Below, in pieces: positions 7,880-16,762 of a stretch of DNA of 64,000 nt. The position numbers and the translations under genes were made by a program. This stretch comes from an uncultured Gammaproteobacteria bacterium (GTDB taxonomy: Bacteria > Patescibacteriota > Patescibacteriia > UBA9934): positions 10,973 to 74,972 of the forward strand of contig CAZTKG010000006.1 in NCBI GenBank assembly GCA_964613815.1. The letters are read 5' to 3'. The notes beneath the pieces were generated by a model, which saw only the letters and a list, made by a program, of their open reading frames with translations, was not told the DNA's origin and ran no database searches. Position 1 is the stretch's first letter; every line of letters starts with the position of its first letter.

Positions 7880-9184
7880 ATGGCAGGAAAGATTAAGATT
7901 AGTAAGGATTTTAAACGCGCGTTTCAGTTGATGAATGAAACGGATTTGCATTTGTTTTTGACCGGGCGTGCTGGGACGGGAAAGTCGACGCTTTTGACGT
8001 ATTTTCGGAAGCATACGAAAAAACAGATTGCGATTTTGGCGCCTACGGGGGTGGCGGCGCTTAATGTGAAGGGGCAGACGATTCATTCTTTTTTTGGGTT
8101 TAAGCCGAGTGTGACGAAGGAGACGGTGCGGCGAGCGAAGAAGGATCAGCTTGATATGTTTGATAAATTGGAAGCGATTGTGATTGATGAGATTTCGATG
8201 GTGCGAGCGGATCTTTTGGATTGTGTTGATCGAGCGCTTCGGCTTAATCGGGCGAAGCCAGATATTCCGTTTGGTGGGGTGCAAATGATTTTTATTGGAG
8301 ATTTGTATCAGTTGCCGCCGGTGCTTACGGATCAGGAGCGGTTTATTTATGAGATGATGTATCAATCGCCGTACTTTTTTTCTGCGTATGCGCTTGGGGA
8401 TTTTGATATTACGGTTGTTGAATTGAAAAAAGTTTATCGGCAGAAGGATAAGGATTTTGTGAATCTGTTGAATCGGGTTCGGGATAATCAGCTCCTTAGT
8501 GATGATTTGGATGTTTGGAATGGGCGGCATGATCCGTTTTTTGATCCTGAGGAGCATGGGGAGGCGGTGCATTTGACGACGACGAATAAGATGGCGCAGT
8601 TGCGGAATGATTTTGAGTTGAGGCGACTTGAGGGGGAGGAGTGGGAGTTTAAGGGGGTGACGAGTGGGGAGTTTGATTCGCGGCGTGTGCCGGCGCCGGC
8701 GACGTTGAAATTGAAAGCTGGTAGCCGCGTGATGTTTACGTGTAATGATGTGCATCGACGGTGGGTGAATGGGTCGATTGGGACGGTTGTTTCTGTGAAG
8801 AAGGATCGGCCGCTTGCGAAGCATCCGACGGTTCGGGTGGAGCTCACTACAGGTGATGAGGTGAGAGTGGAGCCGCATACGTGGAATACCTATACGCATG
8901 TATTGAATCAGTCGAATGGGGATGTGGAGACGTCGCCTATTGGGTCTTACACGCAGTTTCCGCTTATGCTTGCTTGGGCGGTGACGATTCACAAGAGTCA
9001 GGGGAAGACGTTTGATAAGGTTTTGGTGGATGTGGGGTATGGGACGTTTGCGCATGGGCAGTTGTATGTGGCGCTCAGTCGATGTACGACGTTGAAGGGG
9101 ATTACGCTTCGGAAGCCGTTTCGGGCGAAGGATGTGATTTTGGATGATCGGGTGGTGGATTTTGTGAAGGCTTATACGGAATAA
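7880..9184 (+). CDS. Pif1/RecD-family 5'-3' DNA helicase
   Basis: Walker A (TGRAGTGKST), a Walker B DExx-like block (IVIDEISMV), and the C-terminal block LYVALSRCTTLKGITL typical of Pif1/RecD2/TraA-like helicases. Confidence 0.8.
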   Translation: MAGKIKISKDFKRAFQLMNETDLHLFLTGRAGTGKSTLLTYFRKHTKKQIAILAPTGVAALNVKGQTIHSFFGFKPSVTKETVRRAKKDQLDMFDKLEAIVIDEISMVRADLLDCVDRALRLNRAKPDIPFGGVQMIFIGDLYQLPPVLTDQERFIYEMMYQSPYFFSAYALGDFDITVVELKKVYRQKDKDFVNLLNRVRDNQLLSDDLDVWNGRHDPFFDPEEHGEAVHLTTTNKMAQLRNDFELRRLEGEEWEFKGVTSGEFDSRRVPAPATLKLKAGSRVMFTCNDVHRRWVNGSIGTVVSVKKDRPLAKHPTVRVELTTGDEVRVEPHTWNTYTHVLNQSNGDVETSPIGSYTQFPLMLAWAVTIHKSQGKTFDKVLVDVGYGTFAHGQLYVALSRCTTLKGITLRKPFRAKDVILDDRVVDFVKAYTE

Positions 9185-9214
9185 AAATGCGGTTTTGGTG
9201 TATACTTTTTTTGT

Positions 9215-10408
9215 ATGAATAAAGAATCTTTGAAACGTTTTTTTGCATCGGTTCCGGCTTGGGGGTATGGATTAGTTGTTGGTGGAGGGGTGTTTTTGGT
9301 GGGAATGTTGGTGTTGTTTTTGGCTTTTGATGAGGGTGAGCCTGTGGATGTTGTGGTTGTGGATCCTGATCCTGTGGTAGATCCGTTGGATCCGGATTTG
9401 GAGGATGGCGAGCTTTCTCTTATTGATGTAAATCCTCCTGAGCGAGCCGTGATTTATGCCGCGGTTGTGACGCATAATGAGGATACGCTCAGTCCTCGAT
9501 TTCCAGATTATTTAGAGGACGAGGAGACGTTTTGGGCGCATCGCGATGGGACGGTTTTGCTTGCGCAGATGCTTTATGATGAGGGGGTTGAGTTTAATTT
9601 TCAGACGGATTGGAATTATCTTTTAGGGTCGCTTGCGTTTGATCATGGGACGGAGAGTACGAATGGGAAGAATTTATTGAATTGGCTTGTGGAGGATATG
9701 GGGTTTTCTGTGGATCCGCATTCGCATGAGAATTTAGGGTATAACTATGCAGACGTGGCGTATTTGATTGAGCAGCATGGGGTTGAGGCTAGTGGAGTGG
9801 TTGGAGGATTTCTTGCGGCGCCGGTGAGTGATTCGAAATGGGATTATTTGCAGCTTCCTATTCGGGCGAACAAGTATGATTTTGTTTGGACGCCGGAGAT
9901 TGCGTGGGGTGGAGGAACGGCTTTGCATCAGAATGAGGAAGATTTGTGGATTTCTGGGGTTTGGATTCCGGAGAGCGCTGAGGCGCATGATGTTCATGAT
10001 TCGGATGGGCGGTTGCCGAATGTTGGAGGGTATACGCCTGATTGGGATGGATTGCAGGAACTTATTGATATGCATGAAGATGGGGAGCTTGATTCGACGA
10101 AGATTTACACGTTCTCTAAGACGCTTGCGCAGGATTGGTTGGATGAGGCGTTTGTGGAGGAGGTACGGGATGAGATTCGTGCGGTTCAGGGGGCGGTGGA
10201 TGATGGAGTGCTTGCTTGGGCGACGATTCAGGAGATTGTGGAGGTTTGGGAGTCTGAATATGAGAGTGAGGGGAATGTGTTGAAGTATGATGATGGTGCT
10301 GTTGCGACGAATGATGCGTCTGCGGGGGGTGGGGTTTTTGCGTGTGGGGATGGATCTTGTAGTTTTATTGAGCGGAAATTTGGGAGTTGTCCGGTGGATT
10401 GCGAGTAA
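9215..10408 (+). CDS. N-terminally membrane-anchored, probably extracytoplasmic hypothetical protein
   Basis: TM helix, acidic Pro/Asp linker, and C-terminal Cys cluster CGDGSCSFIERKFGSCPVDCE. Confidence 0.55.
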   Translation: MNKESLKRFFASVPAWGYGLVVGGGVFLVGMLVLFLAFDEGEPVDVVVVDPDPVVDPLDPDLEDGELSLIDVNPPERAVIYAAVVTHNEDTLSPRFPDYLEDEETFWAHRDGTVLLAQMLYDEGVEFNFQTDWNYLLGSLAFDHGTESTNGKNLLNWLVEDMGFSVDPHSHENLGYNYADVAYLIEQHGVEASGVVGGFLAAPVSDSKWDYLQLPIRANKYDFVWTPEIAWGGGTALHQNEEDLWISGVWIPESAEAHDVHDSDGRLPNVGGYTPDWDGLQELIDMHEDGELDSTKIYTFSKTLAQDWLDEAFVEEVRDEIRAVQGAVDDGVLAWATIQEIVEVWESEYESEGNVLKYDDGAVATNDASAGGGVFACGDGSCSFIERKFGSCPVDCE

Positions 10409-10432
10409 AAAAAGAATCCCGCGAGTAGCGGG

Positions 10433-11110
10433 TTAGCGGAATTTGTGGTAGATGACACGGCCTCTCTTCTGACTTGTGGGTGGGGGAGGGGCTGTTTTTG
10501 CCATTTCGATTCCGTGGGCGATGATGCAGGGTTGTTGTTCGGTCGCTTTGACGATGTGTTCGATCGTGGCGTTGATCGTGCATCTTTCGGCGTCGACGTC
10601 GTCTGCGTTGGTGGCCAGTTGGAGGTCTCCAGCGAGTCCAATGAGAAAGTGTTCGATTTCGTTCAGCATCGCTTGTGCGCGATCTGCGTTTTCTCGTAGT
10701 TCGCTTGATCGATCAATTTCTCGTAGGGCGCGAGAGGTGTCGTTGATGCTTGGTGCCCCTCGAAGGCTTTTTCGTGCGATTCGAATGGCGACTGATTGAT
10801 CGCGCGTGAGCAGGACAGTGTGTCTGGCGAGGATTGGTGCGTACGTGTTTGCGACTAGGCTTACTTGGCCGCGTTCGTGGGTCCAGTAGTCTGTCCGGAT
10901 GTGAGATAGGCACCTAGCGTGGGCTTTGTTGATGCCTCGGGTCATCTGCCAAACGTGGATTTTGAGAATTAACTTGCGGAGGAGTTTCCATTTCGGGCGT
11001 TTTCTGATTCGCCAGAATCGATGGACGAGCAGCGGGATTGTGATGATCAATCCGATGAGGCTGCCGATGATCATGAGAGAGAGGATTGTGTTGAATATGG
11101 TGTGTAGCAT
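10433..11110 (-). CDS. membrane-anchored hypothetical protein
   Basis: N-terminal TM helix. A promoter (TTGACA-17-TAATGT) lies at about 11150-11185. Confidence 0.5.
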   Translation of the reverse strand: MLHTIFNTILSLMIIGSLIGLIITIPLLVHRFWRIRKRPKWKLLRKLILKIHVWQMTRGINKAHARCLSHIRTDYWTHERGQVSLVANTYAPILARHTVLLTRDQSVAIRIARKSLRGAPSINDTSRALREIDRSSELRENADRAQAMLNEIEHFLIGLAGDLQLATNADDVDAERCTINATIEHIVKATEQQPCIIAHGIEMAKTAPPPPTSQKRGRVIYHKFR

Positions 11111-11276
11111 TGGATTCTCGATGGATGTTGAAAGAACTGTTGGTGGATGACATTAGCAATGATATTGCTTTTTGTCAACTCTGTCGTTCGCGATCGATAG
11201 GGTGTGCCTCGTGGCATTGGAGGATGCTTTGAGTAGTGTATAAAAAAATCCCTCGTGGGTGCGAGGGGGGTGGATA

Positions 11277-12065
11277 TCACCAGGCGGTGGGGAATGTGTG
11301 GACGGTGAAGTTGCCGAGCATGGCGTCCATGCTGCGGTGGATGTATTCGACGTCGCCGAGGTCGTTCTGGCCGCGGATGAGAACGGAGCCTTGGTAGACG
11401 GGGCCAATGATGTCGCCGTGGACGGGCATCTGGGTGGAGAATTCGTACACGCCGTTTGGCATGGCGGTGTAGGTGAGCTTTCCGTCGATGACCTGAGGCG
11501 GGTTGTAGCGTGAGCAGTGCAAGCCGCGCCATGCTGGGGACATGTCGTCGCCGTGGATGACGCGATGGCCTTCCGGGTAGCCTTGACAGTAGAGAGGTTC
11601 TCCGTTCTCGATGATCGGGCCGTAGGAGGGCATGGTGCCGGGGCGGCCGGTGTGGCGGTTGCCCCAGACGACGGTGTGGTTGTCGCGGCTGTCGATGCCG
11701 ACGAAGAGCGGGGCTTCGTCTACCATGATGACGGGGGCGGCGGCCTGGAAGGTGGTCAGCTCGACGCCGGCGAATTCGGCGAAGCCGCGGTTGTCGGAGA
11801 TGCGGTAGAACCAGCCGTAGTTGGCCTCCCCCCATCCGACAGTGGATCCGTCGTCGCCGTTTCGGGCGACGTAAACGGGGTCGCCGTCGACGAAGTCGAA
11901 GACTTCGATGTCGTGAAAGGTGACGCTGCCGTTGTCCCAGGTGAGGGTGCAGGTGTAGTGGAGTTCGTTTGTTGTGGCGACGAGGCTTGGGGCATCGAGG
12001 CCTTCGGGGATGATGCAGTCGATGGGGACGGGATTGTTGAGGAAGCCGAGGACGAGGGGTGTCAT
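11277..12065 (-). CDS. hypothetical protein
   Basis: 262-aa ORF. A promoter (TTGACA-17-TAACCT) lies at 12095-12125. A terminator hairpin + T-run lies at about 11235-11270. Confidence 0.5.
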   Translation of the reverse strand: MTPLVLGFLNNPVPIDCIIPEGLDAPSLVATTNELHYTCTLTWDNGSVTFHDIEVFDFVDGDPVYVARNGDDGSTVGWGEANYGWFYRISDNRGFAEFAGVELTTFQAAAPVIMVDEAPLFVGIDSRDNHTVVWGNRHTGRPGTMPSYGPIIENGEPLYCQGYPEGHRVIHGDDMSPAWRGLHCSRYNPPQVIDGKLTYTAMPNGVYEFSTQMPVHGDIIGPVYQGSVLIRGQNDLGDVEYIHRSMDAMLGNFTVHTFPTAW

Positions 12066-12104
12066 GGATTGCTCCTGGTTGGGTGAAATGTACGAAGGGG
12101 GAGG

Positions 12105-12419
12105 TTAGCGTGTTTTTGGGTGTTTGTCAAGGGTTTGAAGAATTCGTTGTTCTGCGAGTTTGTAGATTTTTGATCGATGTCCGATGATGTAAACGATGAC
12201 AGTTTGTTTTTGAATTTTGTATATAATTCGATAATTACCTACTCGGAGAGAGAGGTAGCCTTTTAGCGGAGGGACGAGATGTTTTCCGAAAAGATGAGGT
12301 TTTTTTCTGAGTTTTTCGCGTATTGATTTGTCGATGCGTTTTTTGATGGAGTTTGAAAATTTTGGAACATCTTTTTTGAGCACGCTTTCACGATATGCTA
12401 TTTGATAGGTGTTCCCCAC
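12105..12419 (-). CDS. relE: RelE/ParE-family toxin
   Basis: Core LSLRVGNYRIIYKIQKQTVIVYIIGHRSKIY. The proposed GTG start (VGNTYQIAYRE...) overlaps the antitoxin stop by about 20 nt. The track ORF begins further upstream at a non-credible start. Confidence 0.65.
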   Translation of the reverse strand: MGNTYQIAYRESVLKKDVPKFSNSIKKRIDKSIREKLRKKPHLFGKHLVPPLKGYLSLRVGNYRIIYKIQKQTVIVYIIGHRSKIYKLAEQRILQTLDKHPKTR

Positions 12420-12625
12420 ACTTCTTCGTGCGTTAATAGTTTTTCGTCTTTTCGTGCGTCGGCTAGCTCTGTCCAAATCATGTCTTCTTGCTCACTTATC
12501 GCTTTTTCTAATAAATCGGTGGCGATTTTTGTTTTTGAGACACCTTTATATTTAGCGAGTTTTGAGATCCAGAATTCCAGCTTTTCATTCAGAATTAGGT
12601 TTAGTCTTGGTTTTGTTGTAGGCAT
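12398..12625 (-). CDS. antitoxin of the RelE module (RelB/ParD-like)
   Basis: A 75-aa ORF starts at the ATG at 12625 (MPTTKPRLNLILNEKLEFWISKLAKYKGVSKTKIATDLLEKAI...). It lies immediately upstream of, and overlaps, the toxin gene. Confidence 0.55.
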   Translation of the reverse strand: MPTTKPRLNLILNEKLEFWISKLAKYKGVSKTKIATDLLEKAISEQEDMIWTELADARKDEKLLTHEEVWGTPIK

Positions 12626-12723
12626 ATATTTAGTGTGACACCAGTGTATCACTTTTGTTTGAGGATGTAAAATCAGGGACTGCTTGTGCAGTCCCTGTGA
12701 GAGGAGCTGATCATGGAGGATGA

Positions 12724-13518
12724 TCAGGAGATGAAGCCGCCGGCGGCGGTGGTGGAGAAGGCGGCGGCGGTCTGGCTGGCTCGGACGGCCGAGCGGGAGA
12801 AGACGTTGAAGGCGGCGCGGATCTCGGTGGGGGTGCCGGAGGGGGTTAGGATCCATTCGTCCTCGAGGCCCATGGAGCGGAAGACGGCCGTGAAGTCGGT
12901 GGAGCCGTCGTCAATGCCCATGGCGGCCACGATGTGGGTCTCGGCGGCCAGCATGTCGGAGACGACCTTCTTGATCTTCGCCGGGGTTTGGCGACGAGAG
13001 GTGCAGTCGGCGCCGTCGGTGATGATGAGGGTGACGGTGCGGCACGGGACGCCGTTGTCTTCGAACTCCTGCGCCTTGGCGAGGACGGTCGCGAGGATGA
13101 CGGCGGTCTCGTCGTAGAGCGGGGTCATGCCCATGGGGTCGTAGTTCGAGGTGTCCATGGTGGGGACGCCGGAGAGGGGCGAGTAGGGGTAGAGGATGGT
13201 GCCGTTCAGGTACCGGGTGTGGGCGATGATGCCGTCGCCCTGCTTGGAGTCCTTGAGGGCGTCGATGACGAGGTTGTGACCAGCGCGTACAGCGTCCGCG
13301 TTCTTGCCGAAGCGGATCGAGCCAGAGTCGTCGATGAGCATGGTGACCAGCACGACTTCGCTTGCGGTGACGTCGTCGACGGCGACGCCGAGGCCGGCGG
13401 CGATGTTGGCGCCGATGTCGGGGATGTTGAGGGCCATGACGGAGGCGGGGGTGAGCGTGCCGTCGTCGGTTGCGGCGTTGAAGAGGGAGGCGACGTTTGC
13501 TACGGTGGAGGAGGACAT
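12724..13518 (-). CDS. von Willebrand factor A (vWA) domain protein, TerY-like
   Basis: MIDAS motif DxSxS (MLIDDSGSI), plus TLIITDGADC and a further T/D. It is the last gene of the PP2C-kinase-amidase-vWA operon. Confidence 0.75.
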   Translation of the reverse strand: MSSSTVANVASLFNAATDDGTLTPASVMALNIPDIGANIAAGLGVAVDDVTASEVVLVTMLIDDSGSIRFGKNADAVRAGHNLVIDALKDSKQGDGIIAHTRYLNGTILYPYSPLSGVPTMDTSNYDPMGMTPLYDETAVILATVLAKAQEFEDNGVPCRTVTLIITDGADCTSRRQTPAKIKKVVSDMLAAETHIVAAMGIDDGSTDFTAVFRSMGLEDEWILTPSGTPTEIRAAFNVFSRSAVRASQTAAAFSTTAAGGFIS

Positions 13519-13700
13519 GGGGAGCTCCTTTGGAGCGATGATGTCCCTGCGGGACGGATAGAGCCCTTTTGGGGCGATAGGGATCCTGCGGATCGATAGA
13601 TGGCCACTCTTCGCGCTGCCGGGAAGCTTTGCGAAGAGTGGTTTTTGGGTTGCGTTTGGTACACTCCCGCCGGAGTTGTTTGATGATGATGTTGACTTGA

Positions 13701-14750
13701 TTAGGAGATGATCAGGTCAGGCCAGTCATTCATTGGGGTCATGGACTCGACGAGATGCATGCCGGCGGATTCGAAGCGCTTGAGGGCGGCTTCGGACTCG
13801 GGGGTGAAGTCGGCCACGAAGCCTCCGGCGCCGTCCGGGATCGCGACCGAAGACATGCAGTCGGTGAGGATGTAGACCTTGCTGACGAGCGACGGGTCGC
13901 GGGCGGCGATGTCGTCGAGGAGGTCGTCGATGGAGGACTTGACGCAGTGGCTTGCGGCCTGGCCGGCGATGATGACGGCGTCGGAGTCCACGAGCTTCTT
14001 GAGGAAGCCGGCGTTCCTCTGGGCGAGGGGGGCGCCGTCGTGACGGGTGAGGACTTCGGGGCGGAAGACGCTGTAGTTCTCGGTGAGCGGATGGCCGCCC
14101 TTCACTTCGCACCACGACTGGGAGCCGCGGGTGAAGCTGTGGAACAGGCGCGCTTCGTGGATGTTGCCGGCGAGGGCGTGACCGGTGGATCCGAGGAGGC
14201 AGTGCGGGGGCCAGAGGTAGAGGGCATACTTGCCCTCGCGTTCGAGCTCCTTGGTGTAGTGGATGACCTGCTTGAGGAGCCAGGCGTAGTTGCCGCTACA
14301 AAGCCACCAGGCCATCGCAGGGTTCGGACGGACGGCACCGGACTTGATCTCGGTGGTGGTGATGACGCGGAAGGGGGTGAGGGGAGCGCCAGCGCTATCG
14401 ATCCAGAATGACGCGAAGAAGATCTGGTACGCGAAGTGCGTGTCCATGGTGGTGGTGATGTCGGTGATGGCGCCGAGGTTCCGGTAGATGAATTCGGCGG
14501 TGCGGCGGGAGTCGTCGATGGCGCCAGAACCGGAGCGGCCGCCGACGTAGAGCGTGCCTTCGGGGAAGCAGAAGTCGCGCTGGACGTCGATGAGGAGGAG
14601 GTGGATGCGGGTTCGGTCGCTGGCGGCGGGGGTGATGGAGTTCGACTTGCGGTAGTCCGTCGCTGCGGCCATCAGGGTCATCTGGTCGGGGTTGTAGTCG
14701 AAGCGGGCGGAGGTGGGGGTGTAGAAGCTGGGCAGGGGGAGGGTGGTCAT
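13701..14750 (-). CDS. pncA: PncA-type nicotinamidase / isochorismatase-family cysteine hydrolase, 349 aa with insertions
   Basis: LLLIDVQRDFCFPEGTLYVGG, WPPHCLLGSTGHAL and IIAGQAASHCVKSSIDD match the PncA blocks IVDVQNDFCEGGSLAVTGG, WPPHCVSGTPGADF and VVGIATDHCVRQTAEDA. Catalytic D, K-region and C are present. Confidence 0.75.
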   Translation of the reverse strand: MTTLPLPSFYTPTSARFDYNPDQMTLMAAATDYRKSNSITPAASDRTRIHLLLIDVQRDFCFPEGTLYVGGRSGSGAIDDSRRTAEFIYRNLGAITDITTTMDTHFAYQIFFASFWIDSAGAPLTPFRVITTTEIKSGAVRPNPAMAWWLCSGNYAWLLKQVIHYTKELEREGKYALYLWPPHCLLGSTGHALAGNIHEARLFHSFTRGSQSWCEVKGGHPLTENYSVFRPEVLTRHDGAPLAQRNAGFLKKLVDSDAVIIAGQAASHCVKSSIDDLLDDIAARDPSLVSKVYILTDCMSSVAIPDGAGGFVADFTPESEAALKRFESAGMHLVESMTPMNDWPDLIIS

Positions 14751-14887
14751 GGGGATCTCCTTTGAGCGGTAGAGCCCTTTTGGGCGATAGGGATCCTTGC
14801 GGATCGATGGGGGCGCTTTGCGCCGACAGGGTTCAGCGAAGCTGAACGATAGGGTTGTTGTTGAACGTGCGTAGATTTTTCCAAGCT

Positions 14888-16753
14888 CTACGCGAGCTTG
14901 AGGAGGGAGATGTCTTTGTGATTTACCACGTAGATGCCTCCTGGCGCGGGGAAGAGGGCGCTTTCGGTGGTGACGAATGGTGCCGTTTTTGGGAACTCTT
15001 TGGCTTTTGTGATGGAAGAGCTATTGATGTCCATGCGGACGATGCCGTCGTCGGTTGCTGCGAGCAGCATGGGGCCTATTGCGCATTTTCCTCGAATGGT
15101 GCCGAGCCAGGTTCCGTCCTTTGAATGTGTCTCGGCGGATGCGATGACGGATCCATTCTGTTTGATGACGGTGCATCTATTGAGAATTTTTCCGGCATGC
15201 TTGTAGGTGACGAACAGCCAGCAGTGGGTGTGCGAGAAGCTGCAGGTTATGTCGATGAGCTGACCAGGGATTTTGGGCAGGTTGATCGAGTCATTGAGGC
15301 TTCTTGCGCCTTTTGTGAACATGAACGCGACGTTCATGGTTCCGGCTCGGTAGAGGCCGAAACCGAAGGTTTCTCCGGTCCAGATGAGGGTTTGGCCTTC
15401 GAGAATGTCGCCGATGTAGACTTCGCCGAAGTCATCTGCTTTCCGGAGCTGATGTCCTCTGGTGAAGAATGTGTGTTCACCGTTTGCGTCGAAGATGGGG
15501 AGATTTCGGAAGGATCCGATTGCTTTGCGCTCTGGAGGTCTTCCTGATTTGAGAGAGACGAGTATGCCGTTTCGGCCGAGGATTGTTTTGTTGCCAGAGA
15601 TGCGGTAGCGCATTTTTGGCTCGAACGATCCTGTGGTTACGCGGCGGCCGTCTTCTCGTTTGAGGGCATTGTTTTCGTGGTAGATCCAGCGGAGTTTTCC
15701 GTTTTGGACTGTCGCGAATACGATGTGACCTGAAGTGCGGAAGAATCGGTTGTTTGTGACGTTTCCGATAACGGTGACGGTTTCTTTGACGGCTGTTGCT
15801 GGAGTTCCAGCGCATGCGGGGCAGGTGAGTCTGGCGTGAACGAGATCGCAATGCGTGCATGTTTTCCAGTCCAGGTTTTTGATGAGGTGCTCAGGGAATG
15901 ATCCTCGGGCATCTTTTTTGAAGACCTGGTAGAAGTGCTGAAGAAGGTCGTCGGGGATGGAGTGCAGCGGGAGGGCTGGCTTGGGGTAGCGGACTTCGTC
16001 GTCGAAGAGGGTGATGCGACGAAGGGGGCGCTCCGGATGTTTGACGCGTTTTTTCTTGTCCCTTGGCTTGTAGACACCTCCGAATGGGCCGACACAGAGG
16101 AGGCAATACATGAGCATGGTGGTGAATGCGTACCAGTCTGAGTTCTCATTGTGCGGCTTGTGCAGCGTGAGATGAGACTGGTTCGGATCTGCGAGAAGCG
16201 GGTCCATGTAGCGTTCGGTGTACATGCGCGCGAACCATTTGCCGTACTGAAAGCTGTCAGCGTCGATGATGTAGGCCTCGGCGTCACGTATGAGGACGTT
16301 GAGGTCGTTGAAGTCGCCGATGACGACTCCGCGGGCGTGGATGGCTCCGACGGTTTTGTGCAGGTCAAGGAATATTTTGACGATGCGTGCCGGGTCCACG
16401 GTGAGGCGGAATTGTTTTTCGCTGAAGGCTCTGAGCGGGTCTGCACCTGGAATCAGGCGCATGGTGTAGCCAGCTATTTGATTGCCGCGTTTGCTTGTGG
16501 CGAGATCGATTGGGGTGATGACTCTTGCGGGGAGACCTTTTGGAAAGGCAGGAAGCTTTGCCTGATGTTCTTTGATTCGAGCTTTGGCGTTTGCTTGCTC
16601 TCCGGGGTCTCCGTGGAAGTCGGCATGGCTTGCGGTTTTGAAGATCTTGGCCGCTTTGCCTGAGCCGATGTCGTAGACGTCCGCCTCGCTCCCTTTGCCG
16701 AGTGTTCGGCTGGGATCGATACGAATGCGCCGACCGTTGATGTAGGTGTGCAT
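14888..16753 (-). CDS. atypical protein-kinase-like protein with a Cys4 zinc ribbon and a C-terminal beta-rich domain
   Basis: The N-terminus carries a Gly-rich loop LGKGSEADVYDIG, a VAIK-like AAKIFK, a catalytic-loop-like HARGVVIGDFNDLNVLI and a DFG-like IIDADSF. These are followed by CTHCDLVHARLTCPAC and about 280 aa of beta-strand-rich sequence. Confidence 0.7.
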   Translation of the reverse strand: MHTYINGRRIRIDPSRTLGKGSEADVYDIGSGKAAKIFKTASHADFHGDPGEQANAKARIKEHQAKLPAFPKGLPARVITPIDLATSKRGNQIAGYTMRLIPGADPLRAFSEKQFRLTVDPARIVKIFLDLHKTVGAIHARGVVIGDFNDLNVLIRDAEAYIIDADSFQYGKWFARMYTERYMDPLLADPNQSHLTLHKPHNENSDWYAFTTMLMYCLLCVGPFGGVYKPRDKKKRVKHPERPLRRITLFDDEVRYPKPALPLHSIPDDLLQHFYQVFKKDARGSFPEHLIKNLDWKTCTHCDLVHARLTCPACAGTPATAVKETVTVIGNVTNNRFFRTSGHIVFATVQNGKLRWIYHENNALKREDGRRVTTGSFEPKMRYRISGNKTILGRNGILVSLKSGRPPERKAIGSFRNLPIFDANGEHTFFTRGHQLRKADDFGEVYIGDILEGQTLIWTGETFGFGLYRAGTMNVAFMFTKGARSLNDSINLPKIPGQLIDITCSFSHTHCWLFVTYKHAGKILNRCTVIKQNGSVIASAETHSKDGTWLGTIRGKCAIGPMLLAATDDGIVRMDINSSSITKAKEFPKTAPFVTTESALFPAPGGIYVVNHKDISLLKLA

Positions 16754-16762
16754 TGATTGATC

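Noticed and set aside
7724-9055. 443-aa minus-strand ORF
   Set aside because: It is antisense to the Pif1-family helicase gene, whose motifs are unambiguous. It is an Arg/Pro/His-rich, low-complexity shadow frame.
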